Assembly (NCBI GenBank): GCA_040285855.1
Contig: JAUFOQ010000002.1
Location: 2,728,001-2,792,000, forward strand
DNA from: Eukaryota sp. GEM-RC1
Taxonomy: Eukaryota
Direction of reading: 5' to 3'
Length of the DNA stretch: 64,000 nt
Below, in pieces: positions 35,219 through 46,700 of the stretch (position 1 is its first letter; every line of letters begins with the position of its first letter). The notes under the pieces were generated by a model, which was not told where the DNA came from, made no database searches, and was given only the letters and a program-made list of their open reading frames with translations. Position numbers and translations under genes: made by a program.

Positions 35219-36921
35219 AGTTCGTATTACAAACCTCCTTCTTACGAATACATGACCACTGATTTGCTCCCTAAAGTAGAAGCTGAAATGAAGGAAAAAA
35301 TGAGTAAGCTCTTCAACAAAATTTTGATAACTGGGATGACAATAACTTCAGATGGATGGTCGGATGTCAGGTCAAGACCGCTCATCAATCTTATGGGTGT
35401 CTCGATGGATGGTGCATTTTTTCTGACCTCATTTGACACTTCAGGAAACATTAAGACTGGGGAGTATATTTCCACGCCAATTTCTAACTGGAAACTTGGT
35501 CCTGAAAAACCTCACACTTTGGTTACTGAAAATATCATCCAAGTAATCACCGACAGTGCTGCTAATTGTGTGGCATCCGGTCGTTTGTTAGAGAAAAAAT
35601 TTCCTCAGTTAAATTTTAGTCGGTGCTCTGCTCACATTATTGATTTGATTTTAAAAGATATTTCCAACTTGTACTTTATTACTCCGATTTTTGTAAAATG
35701 CCATCGAGTCTTACGTTTCTTCAAAAACCACAGTTTCCTTAAAACTGAAGTGGAAAAAAAGGCTAATCTTACATTAGTTAAACCAGGTGAAACACGATTT
35801 GCCACAAATTACTTGGTGTTGAGTCGTTTACTGAAAATTAAAGCTGCTTTAAAGCTTACAGTTATCGATGACCACGTTCGACACTGGGTTCATCTACAAG
35901 ATTCCAAGTCACAGAGAGAGTTTCTTGAAATTGAATCTTCTGTACTAAACGAATTGCTTTTCTGGGATGAAATTTCTGATCTTATCAAATTGTTAACTCC
36001 TCTTGTTATTTTTTTTGAGATTTGTAGATACAGATTCACCTACAATCTCCAAAATTGTCCCCCTCTTTTCCAAGGTATTAGAAAAATTGAAAACCGCCAA
36101 TTTACGTACGTTTTCACAAGAAGAAATTGAATTAATTGAGGAAATTAATGAGAAAAGAGAAGCCACAATTACTAATGACCTTCACTTAGTGGCATACGCC
36201 TTGGACCCATTTTATGCTGATGTCTGGGTCCATGATGATTCCAGAATCATCAATGCCGTTCCAAGAATTTGTTCAAAGATATTGGGGCAAAAGTTCAAAG
36301 AGAAGGAGCTTGAGTCCAAAGTTGAACTGGCAAAGAAGCAATTTTTACAATACAAATTGGGGAACGGTATTGTCATGAGAGAAGTTGTTCAAGAAGAGAG
36401 GAAAACCACTAATGGATTCGAATGGTGGATGGAATATGGCTGTCTGATGCCAGAACTGCAGTATGTGGCTCAGCGTATTCTTGCCCAAGTATCGTCAAGT
36501 TCTTCAGCGGAAAGAAATTGGTCTGTTTTCAGAGGAATTCATACAGACAAAAGAAATCGGTTAGGTGTTGAAGTACCAAAAAGTTTGGTTTTTGCAAACT
36601 TCAATTCTCAAGTGCTGAAGAAAATGGATGCCGTTGATTACAATTTCAACCACAAGATTCTGTGTGAACTGGAATCAGAAGAAGCAGACTAGGACCTAGC
36701 AATGGAACATAGTGATTTTGAAGATTCTAAAGCTGATGATTCTGATCAAACAAATTGGGAATTAGAAGCCAACATGGAGGATTTGAATGAAGAAGAAGAT
36801 TATGGTGATCCATTTTTCGTTGGAAAAAGCATGGTACCCACATTGGATTTTTGAAAAGAGGGTATCACGATGGTACCCAAATTTATGGTACCCGGGGTAC
36901 CATTGGTACCCGTCATCACTG
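35219..36921 (+). mobile_element. 5'-truncated hAT transposon (DUF659 region and dimerisation domain) with intact right end
   Basis: YKPPSY, ITSDGWSD, VITDSAAN, CSAHIIDL, TRFATNY, SSSAERNWS; frameshift at T-run ~36010; ggtacc subterminal repeats 36832-36911; ends cactg at 36921; flanked by a 17-bp direct repeat. Confidence 0.9.
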
Positions 36922-36925
36922 GAAA

Positions 36926-36980
36926 AAATCCACGTTTGTGCTAATGGACTTAACCAAATATGGCCGGGTTTCACCAGCCA
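36926..36980 (-). ncRNA. Candidate omegaRNA 3' hairpins of Fanzor C
   Basis: tggctgg-tgaaac-ccggcca (36961-36980) and aagtcca...tggattt (36926-36951), downstream of the stop at 37001. Confidence 0.4.
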
Positions 36981-37000
36981 GCTAACAAAAATACATAAAG

Positions 37001-38304
37001 CTAATTTCTACACAAATACTCCACTCTCTCATAACTACCACTCATCCAATGCTCGAACATGTTCATCATGTTCAAACAAGCCATCTTGTTGCGATTCCAA
37101 TAGAATTTGAATGGGCACTGTGTGCCCTTTCTTTTCCCCCCTTCAATCGCTTCTTGACTTCTCCCAGACAGTGTTTGCTCTTACACTCTAGTAAGCCATG
37201 TGGATGAATCCATTCTCTTTTCTCTCTTGATTTGGGCTTTGGGTTGACAACCTCAATGGAAGTTTCAAAAACATCTTCATGACATTCTGGACACTTGGAC
37301 GAAGTGTTTCTCTCATCATTCAACACTGTTAGAAAACCATTTCTCTGAAAGAATGAAGTCCAAGTCTTAGTTCTGGATGGTGGACTGTGTTTTAAGTTGG
37401 TGATTGGCTTCTGGCCTCAATCACCAATACATAGTACGATTTTGTCACGCTTACCAAAAGTTTTTACAATGCTGTTAACCAATTTAGACTCTGTCTTTTG
37501 CTTATGGACATGATTTTGGATTTTGTGAATCCTCCATATATGCAAAGCATAGAAGTCTTTAGTTGCATCGTAGTGAATACATTTAGCCAGAATAAACTTT
37601 CTAAATTTATTGTAATTAACAGTTTTAGAATTGTGATCTTCACCTAACCAAGTGTTCCATTCTTCAATAGTCTTCGTCTGACCTGAGGGACTAGTACCTG
37701 ATCTCCTTCTAACAAGGTACTGGTGGATTCTTTTATGCTTTCTGGAAACTCTAGACCACTCAGCATATGTCAATCGTAAGAAGTTATATTTTTTTAGAGG
37801 ATTTTGAGTTTCCCTATTTGATTTAGAGGCAAGTTGTAGCATATCTCTCTTTCCAATGTCCACATAAACCATTTGTTTAGAAATACAATCAGATCTATCA
37901 CATTCATTGAAATATTGTACTTTTACTGAAGCTTTACTTGGATCAGGTTTACATTTCATTCCTTTCAAATCCTTTCTCACAAATTGAAAACAAATCGAAA
38001 TTCCATCAGTTACAGCATAATTGTTGAATTCAAAATTGGCTTTCTCAAAACTTCTGTCATCACAGGTAAACCATCTTTTCCAGTAATCTTGTTGTTGAGA
38101 ATGGGTCATGTTGGTGATCTGATTAGCAGACATGTAATTAGTCACTTTTGAATGTAGAGGCCCAGTCTTCTTGTCATTATTCTTATATCCAAAACAGTGC
38201 TTAGCCAGTCCCCAAAGAGTTCTAGTATCTATTGGGAAAAAACAAGGAGTATTCTCTAAACTTAGAGGAATTACATTATACAACTTAGCACCCTTGGATT
38301 CCAA
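37001..38304 (-). pseudogene. Fanzor C, 5'-truncated and inactivated
   Basis: VTDGISI, VYVDIGKRD, CIGD*(W to TGA at 37417), NDERNTSSKCPEC, HGLLECKSKHC; after a frameshift, WNRNKMACLNM (catalytic D to N). Confidence 0.85.
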
Positions 38305-38339
38305 GTAATCTGAGATTTAATGCTAATGGTACGGTTCTT

Positions 38340-38460
38340 TCTGGTTCTGTAAATCGAATTGTGTTTGCTCATTACAGAACTAGAAGCATTACAAAGTATT
38401 TATGTTCCATTTATTCCAAGTTGTATATGGATAATGCTCATGTTCAGGGATTGGAAAAAT
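38340..38460 (+). pseudogene. CRE-like non-LTR extreme 3' fragment abutting the broken 5' end of Fanzor C
   Basis: Nucleotide similarity to 34048-34145 (aatcgaatt...agaagcatt...aagtatttatgttccatttatt). Confidence 0.55.
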
Positions 38461-38819
38461 ATTTTGATATTGCAATATATTACAATAAGTACAACAACAA
38501 TATGGTATTTTTGTTACATAAACAATAACAAAATCATTTTGTTGGTGCATGTACAATAACAATATATTGCAATATATTGATGTGTTATTGTTAGTGAAAT
38601 ACTTGATACGTCAGCGTTTTATAGAATCTTTGTGGGAGAAAACACTGGGTAATAGAATAGATGTCGCCTTTTTAAGCAGAAATAATAATGCATTTATTTC
38701 ACTGATTGATCATAAACCCCGTTTTTTAAAGATGATGGATACTAAACAAGACCATACAGTGAGTTCTAAAATCGCCTTCGACTGTCAACTTATTGTTTCA
38801 AGCACCATCAATTCAGGGT

Positions 38820-38980
38820 ACATTGACTTTTCAGGCATCCACCCTCCCTCCAATGAAGTTGAGAGGCTATTCAGTCACACAAAACTCACTTGAGGTTGTT
38901 ATTGTCATGCTTTTGATCACTTTATCATAGAAACACAATAGTTCTTGCTCTACAATCCTGCTTTCTGGAATGAAAAAACA
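38820..38980 (+). pseudogene. hAT-like C-terminal dimerisation fragment
   Basis: IHPPSNEVERLFS...FLLYNPAFWN with stops. Confidence 0.5.
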
Positions 38981-39013
38981 ATTGGCAGAATTTTCAACTC
39001 GTAGAAAAAACTG

Positions 39014-39697
39014 TTGTTGCAAATAAACACTACTGAGACCAAGAAATTGTTAGAAAACAAGAATAATTTCATATATTCCCACTTAAGAGAAATCTTGGAT
39101 TTAGATGTTGGCAAATACGTCTCTTTTGCAATGTTACAGGCCTGTTTCGCAGGAAAAATTAATCATTTTCTAGATCTTCCTCCTGAAGTGACTGGTGATT
39201 TTTCAAGAAATTTTAACAAAATGAGAAAATCTTTTATGGGTAGTTTAGTAGGCAGTGGTGATTCATTACCCAGTGATTTAATTGGCCCTTGGTTAAATTG
39301 TCAAGAAGTTGTTTTGGAGTTCGCCACTGTGGATCCATGTAATGATACTGCTAGTAGCATAATATTGGATGATCAATTTTCACCTTTGGATAATGCTCAA
39401 GACAAGAAATGTCTTCGTTTTTGTGACTATATTGCTATATTAAATTCACAAAGACATAATGCTTTGATGTTTCAACTATTCGATATTTCAATTTATGGAA
39501 ATTTGGGTTCTGCAGCTCAGACGTTGCTGTCATCGTTTAATCAATTGTGTTGTAAATTTGGCAAGAAGTTCATTATCATTAGTTTTTGGAGGGATAGTCT
39601 CGTTTTTCATATATTTCGTTTAATGTTTCAGTACTTCGACGGAATTTTGAAGAACCTCTTTGGGGTTCAAGATCATTTCAAGGAATATTATTGTTAA
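39014..39697 (+). pseudogene. CRE-like non-LTR 3' fragment (REL endonuclease-like)
   Basis: EFATVDPC...AQDKKCLRF...FDISIYGNLG...FWRDSLVFHIFR. Confidence 0.65.
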
Positions 39698-40037
39698 TTT
39701 TGTTTATGTCTGAAGACTTTATGTATCTTTAAATGATAAAAGATTTTTTCTCCAAAACGGCATAATTCATATTCAACACGTTTTACATGTTTAATAGCCA
39801 TCAATGATTTCTTGTACTTATTCTGTTTGGCTAGTTCAGAATTGTCTAAAGGAGAAGTTTCAGAATGAACATTTTTTTAAGGATGTCTTTTTGTAAACAT
39901 ACCACAACACACACTTTGTCTGAAGAAGAAGAGACAACAACATCTGCTCAAAAGTGGATTAAAGACTTTCTGTTATACATTGTAGAGAAATCCAAAAATT
40001 CTGTGCTTAAGTTGTTTAATCCAACTTTAATGTTCTT

Positions 40038-41639
40038 TTGCTCAAGAACTCCACATCTCCGACGACTTTAGACTTCAGTCAACTACCTCCGAATGCTAGT
40101 TTTGTCATTGATGCTTACTCCTTCTTAGATTCTCTTGTTTATCACTGTAAAGTCTCTCCATTTGACTACACTACTTTGACTATGCATATCCAACAATCAC
40201 TTGATATCTTCCTGAAACAAAACATTGACTTCTCCTTCATATTTCGTTCCGTCATTCATCCTATTTCAATCTCCTCTACAATCTCTTCCTACAGCAAGTC
40301 TCCCATATCCTTCACTCGACTTTCTGAACTTTCTCTCATCTCAGTTCTTAATCAGAACACAGTTCCTATACATATTCTTTCTAGCCACCACTCTCTACAA
40401 GAACTTTCCTCTCTCTGCAAGGCTTCTAATGCGGTTCTCATCTCCTCTCTTACAGAGACCCTTTTCATGTCTATCCCTGGCCTTGTACTTCCCTCTGACT
40501 TCTTTTCTTCTTCCAAGGTACCTGTCTACACTTCTGCTGTTCTTTGCTCAGTTCTAGGTGTTCAGCATGAACATCTTGTATATCTTGGAACTGTGTTTCA
40601 TTTGGTACAATTACCAGAATTTTGTGTAGCTACGAATGAGTTGGTTGTGCAAGGTCGTACGCTTGAAAAATTTAAATCTTTCAAAAATTTGGATGATTGG
40701 TCGTTTGTATTGATCGCTCTATCATGTTTTGTAGTCAGTATTGACCTATCGCTAAATGATTCACAAATTTTAAATGTTTTAATGGAATTTCTGCCTGGTA
40801 ATCTTTCTGTTAATTTTGATTTCTTGACAACTATTTTTAATTTTTTCAAGAGCTCTGATGCTAGCTTAATCGCTTCGCCGAAACCCTCAATCTTCACTGC
40901 TTGCCATCACTCACTCGTCAATATTTTAAATTTTTCCTACTATTTTCACTCACCGACTGTTTTTGATTCCAATATCCTTGGGATAATTATTTTACCTCTG
41001 CGACAGGCAATGTTTAGTCTTATTTCAACTGAAGATTCTATTATTGACTATAGTTGGTCAGGATCTAAGCTGGAAAAGAATTCGATTGGATTAATTAAAA
41101 ATTTATATTTTGAGGGTTCAAGTTTTAAAAATTCAGCGGAAGAAAAATTATCACTGTTTTTGAGTTTATGTGGAATTCCGTTGGATTCAGATTTATTCAA
41201 AATTATTAAAAAAATGCCAGCTGAATTTATGCCTTACATATGTTTGGTGAATTATTTAAAATATGTTGGTCATAACGTTTTTTCAGAAGTCGACTTATTG
41301 TCATGTGTATCCATGATTAGTTTTGATGCACCCCGAAATCTTTTCGGTGATTTAATTTCCACTTCTCTTTCCAGCAAACAAAAGAGGCAAGTCTCCATAA
41401 TTGATTGCACCCTTCATCACTTCTATCTATTGGCTCAATTTCTTCAAATTTTTGACAATTTTCAACCTTGGAATTCCTTCAGACCTTGCAGTTTTAAGAA
41501 CAACAACAATTCCTCTTTTTCTCCATTAGTTTCATGCATGTTTGACTTAAACTTGTTGGAGCGACCAGTACAGGTTACACCTCAATCTAATCAGACTAAG
41601 ATTAGTAATCACTTTAATAGATTTGATGCACTTTTGTAA
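40038..41639 (+). CDS. Divergent asteroid/XPG-like PIN-fold protein; start uncertain
   Basis: 533-aa ORF; FVIDAYSFL...FDY...FIF N-terminal pattern; most later acidic catalytic positions not evident. Confidence 0.45.
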   Translation: MLKNSTSPTTLDFSQLPPNASFVIDAYSFLDSLVYHCKVSPFDYTTLTMHIQQSLDIFLKQNIDFSFIFRSVIHPISISSTISSYSKSPISFTRLSELSLISVLNQNTVPIHILSSHHSLQELSSLCKASNAVLISSLTETLFMSIPGLVLPSDFFSSSKVPVYTSAVLCSVLGVQHEHLVYLGTVFHLVQLPEFCVATNELVVQGRTLEKFKSFKNLDDWSFVLIALSCFVVSIDLSLNDSQILNVLMEFLPGNLSVNFDFLTTIFNFFKSSDASLIASPKPSIFTACHHSLVNILNFSYYFHSPTVFDSNILGIIILPLRQAMFSLISTEDSIIDYSWSGSKLEKNSIGLIKNLYFEGSSFKNSAEEKLSLFLSLCGIPLDSDLFKIIKKMPAEFMPYICLVNYLKYVGHNVFSEVDLLSCVSMISFDAPRNLFGDLISTSLSSKQKRQVSIIDCTLHHFYLLAQFLQIFDNFQPWNSFRPCSFKNNNNSSFSPLVSCMFDLNLLERPVQVTPQSNQTKISNHFNRFDALL

Positions 41640-42069
41640 AGGTTGATATTGTTTAGTTTATCACAATCTACAACAGTTTCTTCTTGAATGGAAATTCCAA
41701 CTACGATTTGTTGGCTGATTGTTCAATTTCAAGGACTATTGTTTTGCTTTCCAAGAGAATTAGTTCTACCTCCTTGTTTCTGAATTAGTTGTTTGTTTTT
41801 AGCTTCTTGATGATTTCGTGGTAATGTGATATAGGTAGTGTTTTAACGTGTTTTTTTAGCACACCAACCAATTGAGTATCTTCACGAGGATCTATCTACT
41901 TATGATGTTTACTAACATACTAAGTAAAGTAGACCCTGTACCCGGAAATTATTCGTAGCCAACATTTAAAAATTGATTTTTTTTTGAAAATAAAATGATT
42001 TTATATGTTGATCAAAAACAATGCAAGATGCCATTAACATTAGAATAATTGAAAAGGGCAACATGAATC

Positions 42070-43607
42070 TTAAAGAAACAGACTCCAGGTTCCCACAATC
42101 GACAAAAAGGCACCACAAATAAAAGAACTATATGCAACAACTGTATCAAAAGCAGTTTTTTCAGCACCAGATTTCAATAAACAAAGGGCTGGGAATATGA
42201 AAACAATTACTCCTCCAAGTAAAGAACCTGTAAGAGAAAGTATAAATGAAATAGAGTCAGAAAGAGTTGCACATAATATTGCCAAAGTAACAGTAATAAA
42301 AGCAACCAAAGCAGTGAGGTTCTTTGGTAAAAGAATTGGCGCTGAATCAACGACACCTTCACCATCCACTTCAGAATGATCAATCATGACTGACACCTCA
42401 TCAGCAGACGCAATCATGAGCTCATCTAGTGTATGTGATGACGCGACATGTTGTACTGAGTACTTTCTAATTGTTGGATGAGAGAACAATGCGGAAGAAA
42501 CCTTTGGTATATCTACCGACAATCTGGGAATAAAATCCTTATCACCAGAATCTTCAGAAGAGTCTGAATCTCTACCAACCAAACCCAGATTTAGAGTGCT
42601 GGATCTAGTTCGGAGTCCGAAATCTTCATTAACTGACGAATGATCACTCAAATCAGCCGCATATGAGTCACCATCTTTTTGATTGATGAATGATCGTCAT
42701 TAGGGTCAGAATGAGCATGATGAAAGTGCAGAATGATGTCAATGATAGCTTCCCTCACAGCAGCATAAACGACAGGGAAGGAACATATCATAACCAAAGC
42801 CATGAGCAATCGAGCAGAGTTGACCAAGACAGAATCTGGAAGAGAGTTTAGAATGGAAGGTTCAACAGAATTACCATAAGTAAAGTAGCCGGTGTAAGCT
42901 ACAATGAAGTAGAAAAAACTGGCAGTACCAATACCTGATACACAGACAGTGAACATTCCCTTACGGTTTCTGGACTGGGCTGGTAACTCTCGGAAAATGT
43001 TTGGGGTCAGAAAGTGACAGGCAAAAGCGAAACCAACTGTACCTAGAGCAGCAACAGATTGAGTGTCAAATATGGCAGGTCTGACAATGATAGTGGGGTC
43101 AGAGTAGGAGAAAGAGGAGACTACGACAGAGAATGTGAGATAGGCAATGACAACAACAGTTGAAGCGGATGCGTATCGTAGAGAGTGGAGACTTTTGAGA
43201 AGGCACAGAGGGAAGAGGATCGAGTAGGAGAGAACGATGGCAAGAAAGAGCTTAGGAACATTGATGAAAGGGGAGAGGAAGGAGTGTGTAATGTCAGTTA
43301 ATAGGTTACAATAAGCAACTAAAAAACCAAACGAAAATGTGCCGACAAGAGCTGAAGTCAAAGGTCCAGCTGTCGAGCCAAAGAGGTGCTCAGCTAGAGA
43401 CTTAAATGACTGTTTGCCAGTAGTAATGACGGCTCGCGTGAGGAAGTCCAAACTTGCTAGAGAATATAGTGCGACTACTACAAAGATGAAAGTTCCGTAA
43501 ACATATCCTAGTTTGGAAAGAGCAAATGGGAGGGAGACGATTCCTGCGCCAAGGATCGAATTAGCTAGAGAAAGAGATGACGAGAACAGTGATGAAGACT
43601 CAGACAT
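42070..43607 (-). CDS. Amino-acid permease (AAAP/SLC38-like); apparent frameshift at the A-run ~42678
   Basis: NSILGAGIVSLPFA, FAFACHF, GYFTYG, SLTGSLLG..FIFP; ATG 43607 preferred over 43625. Confidence 0.88.
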
Positions 43608-43610
43608 TTT

Positions 43611-43717
43611 AACTGTGGATTTCATTTCAAATGCATAATTCTACACTCACACCTATATGCACTATCACCACAGTTTGACACATTGTGCCACTCATTTGCA
43701 AGCCTTTTAGGACGAGC
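43611..43717 (-). ncRNA. Candidate omegaRNA scaffold of Fanzor B
   Basis: Hairpins gctcgt...atgagt (43690-43717), tggcac-aat-gtgtca (43676-43690), aactgtgg..agtgcata...tatgcatt..ccacagtt (43611-43675). Confidence 0.55.
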
Positions 43718-43730
43718 TAACTTATAAGAT

Positions 43731-46700
43731 TCAGGATTCCGGTTCTTCATTCTCTACTTGTGAGTCTTTGGGTACATCTTTCTGGGCCTTACTTGGGCAA
43801 TTTCTTCTATCATGTCCTGGTTGTCTACATATCGTACATGTACGAGGACTTTTAGGAGGCACAGGTCTTTGAGGACACTTTGCCGTTGTATGGCCTTCCA
43901 TATGACAAAACTGACACTTACTCACACTCTTCTTCTTGGGAACCTGATCTGTAATCCCACCATCCTCGATAGTTATTGTTTGAGATTTTGGTCTCTCGAG
44001 GACAGCAGGTCTACCTTGACCTTGGATAATTCCATTTACAATGTTATAAATGTTAATAGCAGAGTTGAAGTCTCTATTCCAGAGGACATGACATTTAGCA
44101 CACTGAACTAAGCCCCATGGTGAGACTTTTTTGCTCTTTAGTCTTTCTTTCATGAATGGCAACTGTTTGGTCCATTCATCATCAAAATTACGTTTCACAA
44201 CATTGTCTAATTGATTGTGTTCCATAATTTCTTTTTTCAATTTCTTCTCCTCATTCTGTAACTTCTTCTTCCAATTAGGATCAGTGACTTTGATAAAGTC
44301 AGGATTGGAACAGATACCTTCCTGGTTTTCTTCAGCACAAGCAGAGCAACATTTGCTTGTCATAGAATTCATCAACTAAGAAAACTTTAAATCCAAATTT
44401 TCTTAGTAAGTTTCGAAGAGTAGCGCCTTTTACTGTACTTGCCTTACCCCTTCTTCTTCGGAATTGAGTGTCATTCCAATCCCCAAAACCAACCACGACT
44501 TCATCTGGATCACCATATTGGAGAGCTAATCTGTGGACCAAGTTTTGTTCACTTCGTTCTTTTCTTGAATATTGGGTAAGGCGTCTACGTCTAAAAAATT
44601 TCTCTTCATAAAGACCTTCAGCTGCATCAGGTATTTGTTGAGTTGGTCCTGTCTTAGGTAGTTTCTTTGATGGTCCTTTCTTTTTAGGTAATCCTTCAGC
44701 AGTTGCTTTTCCAGTTGTGGTTGATCTCATTAATGCACAGAAAACTTCATTGTTAACCATGTACCTTGAAAATTCTTCCAATTTACATGATTTTCTTCTT
44801 GGAGTATCAGAACTGTAGGAATCCAGTACTTTTGACCATTCCACACACTCTTCTCAAACTCAGTTGAGTACCTCTGTAAACGTTCACTTTCAGTCAATTC
44901 GACAATGTTTTTGTTACAGCGCTTTCTTTCAAGTTTTTTGAAATTTCTTTTTTTCTTTCGTTCCTTTTTAGCTTTTTTTCTTTTTTTGTTTCTTTGTCAA
45001 TTTTTTTGGAACTGTGATGGCTGATTTTTTCTTGGTTTCCATCTAGATTTGTTAATATCTGCCTTTCTCTCCCCAGCAGTGTATCGGAACACCTTCCATT
45101 TGTCACGATTTTTCCACTTTACAGGTTGTGGGTTAGTGTCTTGCTTCCAATCATTTAATTGTTTTTTCATTTTTTCAAACTTCTCCTTTTCTTAGAAGAC
45201 AATGGAGCAATCTTTCTTTTTCTAACTTGGGTAACTGACTTGGGCTCAATTTCCTTCTCACCTGAGGAATCATCCTTCTCAACTGAGGAATCAATAGATT
45301 GTTCATTGGAAGTAAGATCAATTTCTGTAACACAAGCATTGGCCATTCCATTTTCTATCAATTGTTTTGTTTCATCAACTTCAAATTTCTCACACGCCTC
45401 TTCCTCATCAGTTTTTAAACTTGCACAATACATGAGATCATGTTGGTTGGGGTCAACAGCAACAATTCTCTTAGATTTTAAATTCAGTTCTTCAATTTCA
45501 TCTTCACTTAAGGAATCAATATAACGCTCATTTGAAGCAAGATTAACTGCTGTAACATTTTCACGGGCATTTCCATTTTCATCAAGTAAATCTTTCCTCA
45601 TCATTAACAAACTACAACTTAAACCGTCTGACGAAATTGAAGTGTATTTAAAGTCATAGGATAATGACTCTGGAATAGCCTGAGGTTTTAATACTGAATT
45701 CCAAATAAGTTTCCGTACTTCATTATAGTTATAGGGAAGATCACTACAAAATATTTCGTGAAACCATTGCGTATCGAACCTGATATGATTTGGAATTAAA
45801 GATTTAGACAATGGGAAAGGATTGTTTGCTCTTACACCAGGACAATAGTCTTCAATGAGACGGTTCAAATACAATGCATGACTTAAAAAGTATAACGGAT
45901 CACTCTTTTCGGCATAGTAGATCGTTTTCTCCATCTTTCCTTCAAAATAATTAAACAAATAATTGAAGAATAATATACTCAAGTGAGATTCCGGATTGGT
46001 AAAAACTTGCTTGTCATCAAAATTAATTTTGGAAATTTCACCATTAATGATCAATTCTCTAACTTCATTAATCCTTTGACAGAGTTCTTGTCTTTGAGTT
46101 TTGTCAGTAAGAGCTTCCATTCTCTCTTTCTTTTGAGTAACCAAGTTAAAGACTTGAAAAACATATTCATGGAAGTGTTGGCTCATGTTGTTCTTATAAT
46201 TAGCAATAATTTCGGTTGCAACGTAACCGAGAGGATTAGCCAAATATAGTCCACTTGGAAACACGATCCTATCTTTACCAACCATTTCACCAGCAGTTTC
46301 TAACAGAGGGATGTAGTTTGATAGGAAGTGTTGGGCGAACTCCTTCTTTGTAGTTGTTGTTTTTGCATTAGAAATGATGTTGTTTAAAGAGTTTTCCACA
46401 GTTTTAATATGATCAGTGCTGTTGAAAAATTGGTGATTTGGAATCCACATCATGGCCAACAGTTGTCCCATTGGACCCTTCTTAAAGTAAGCTCCCCAGT
46501 CTGGTAATTCAAATTTGGTAATTTGAATTTTAGTAAAAAGGTCAAGTTCAGGTTCACCAGTTTCATTTTCAATACTGTCTTCTTCTAAAATTTCACCGTC
46601 TTCATCTAAAATTTCAAATCTAATTGTACGATCGCAAACAAAATGAGGGTCTGAAGATACAGACAATTCAGTTTCTTCTTCTAATTGTTGAGGCACAAAC

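Noticed and set aside
37417..37419. TGA read as Trp (alternative genetic code) at Fanzor C GD*
   Set aside because: TGA ends ordinary host genes here (ABC transporters, RBM8A-like) and this copy has other lesions
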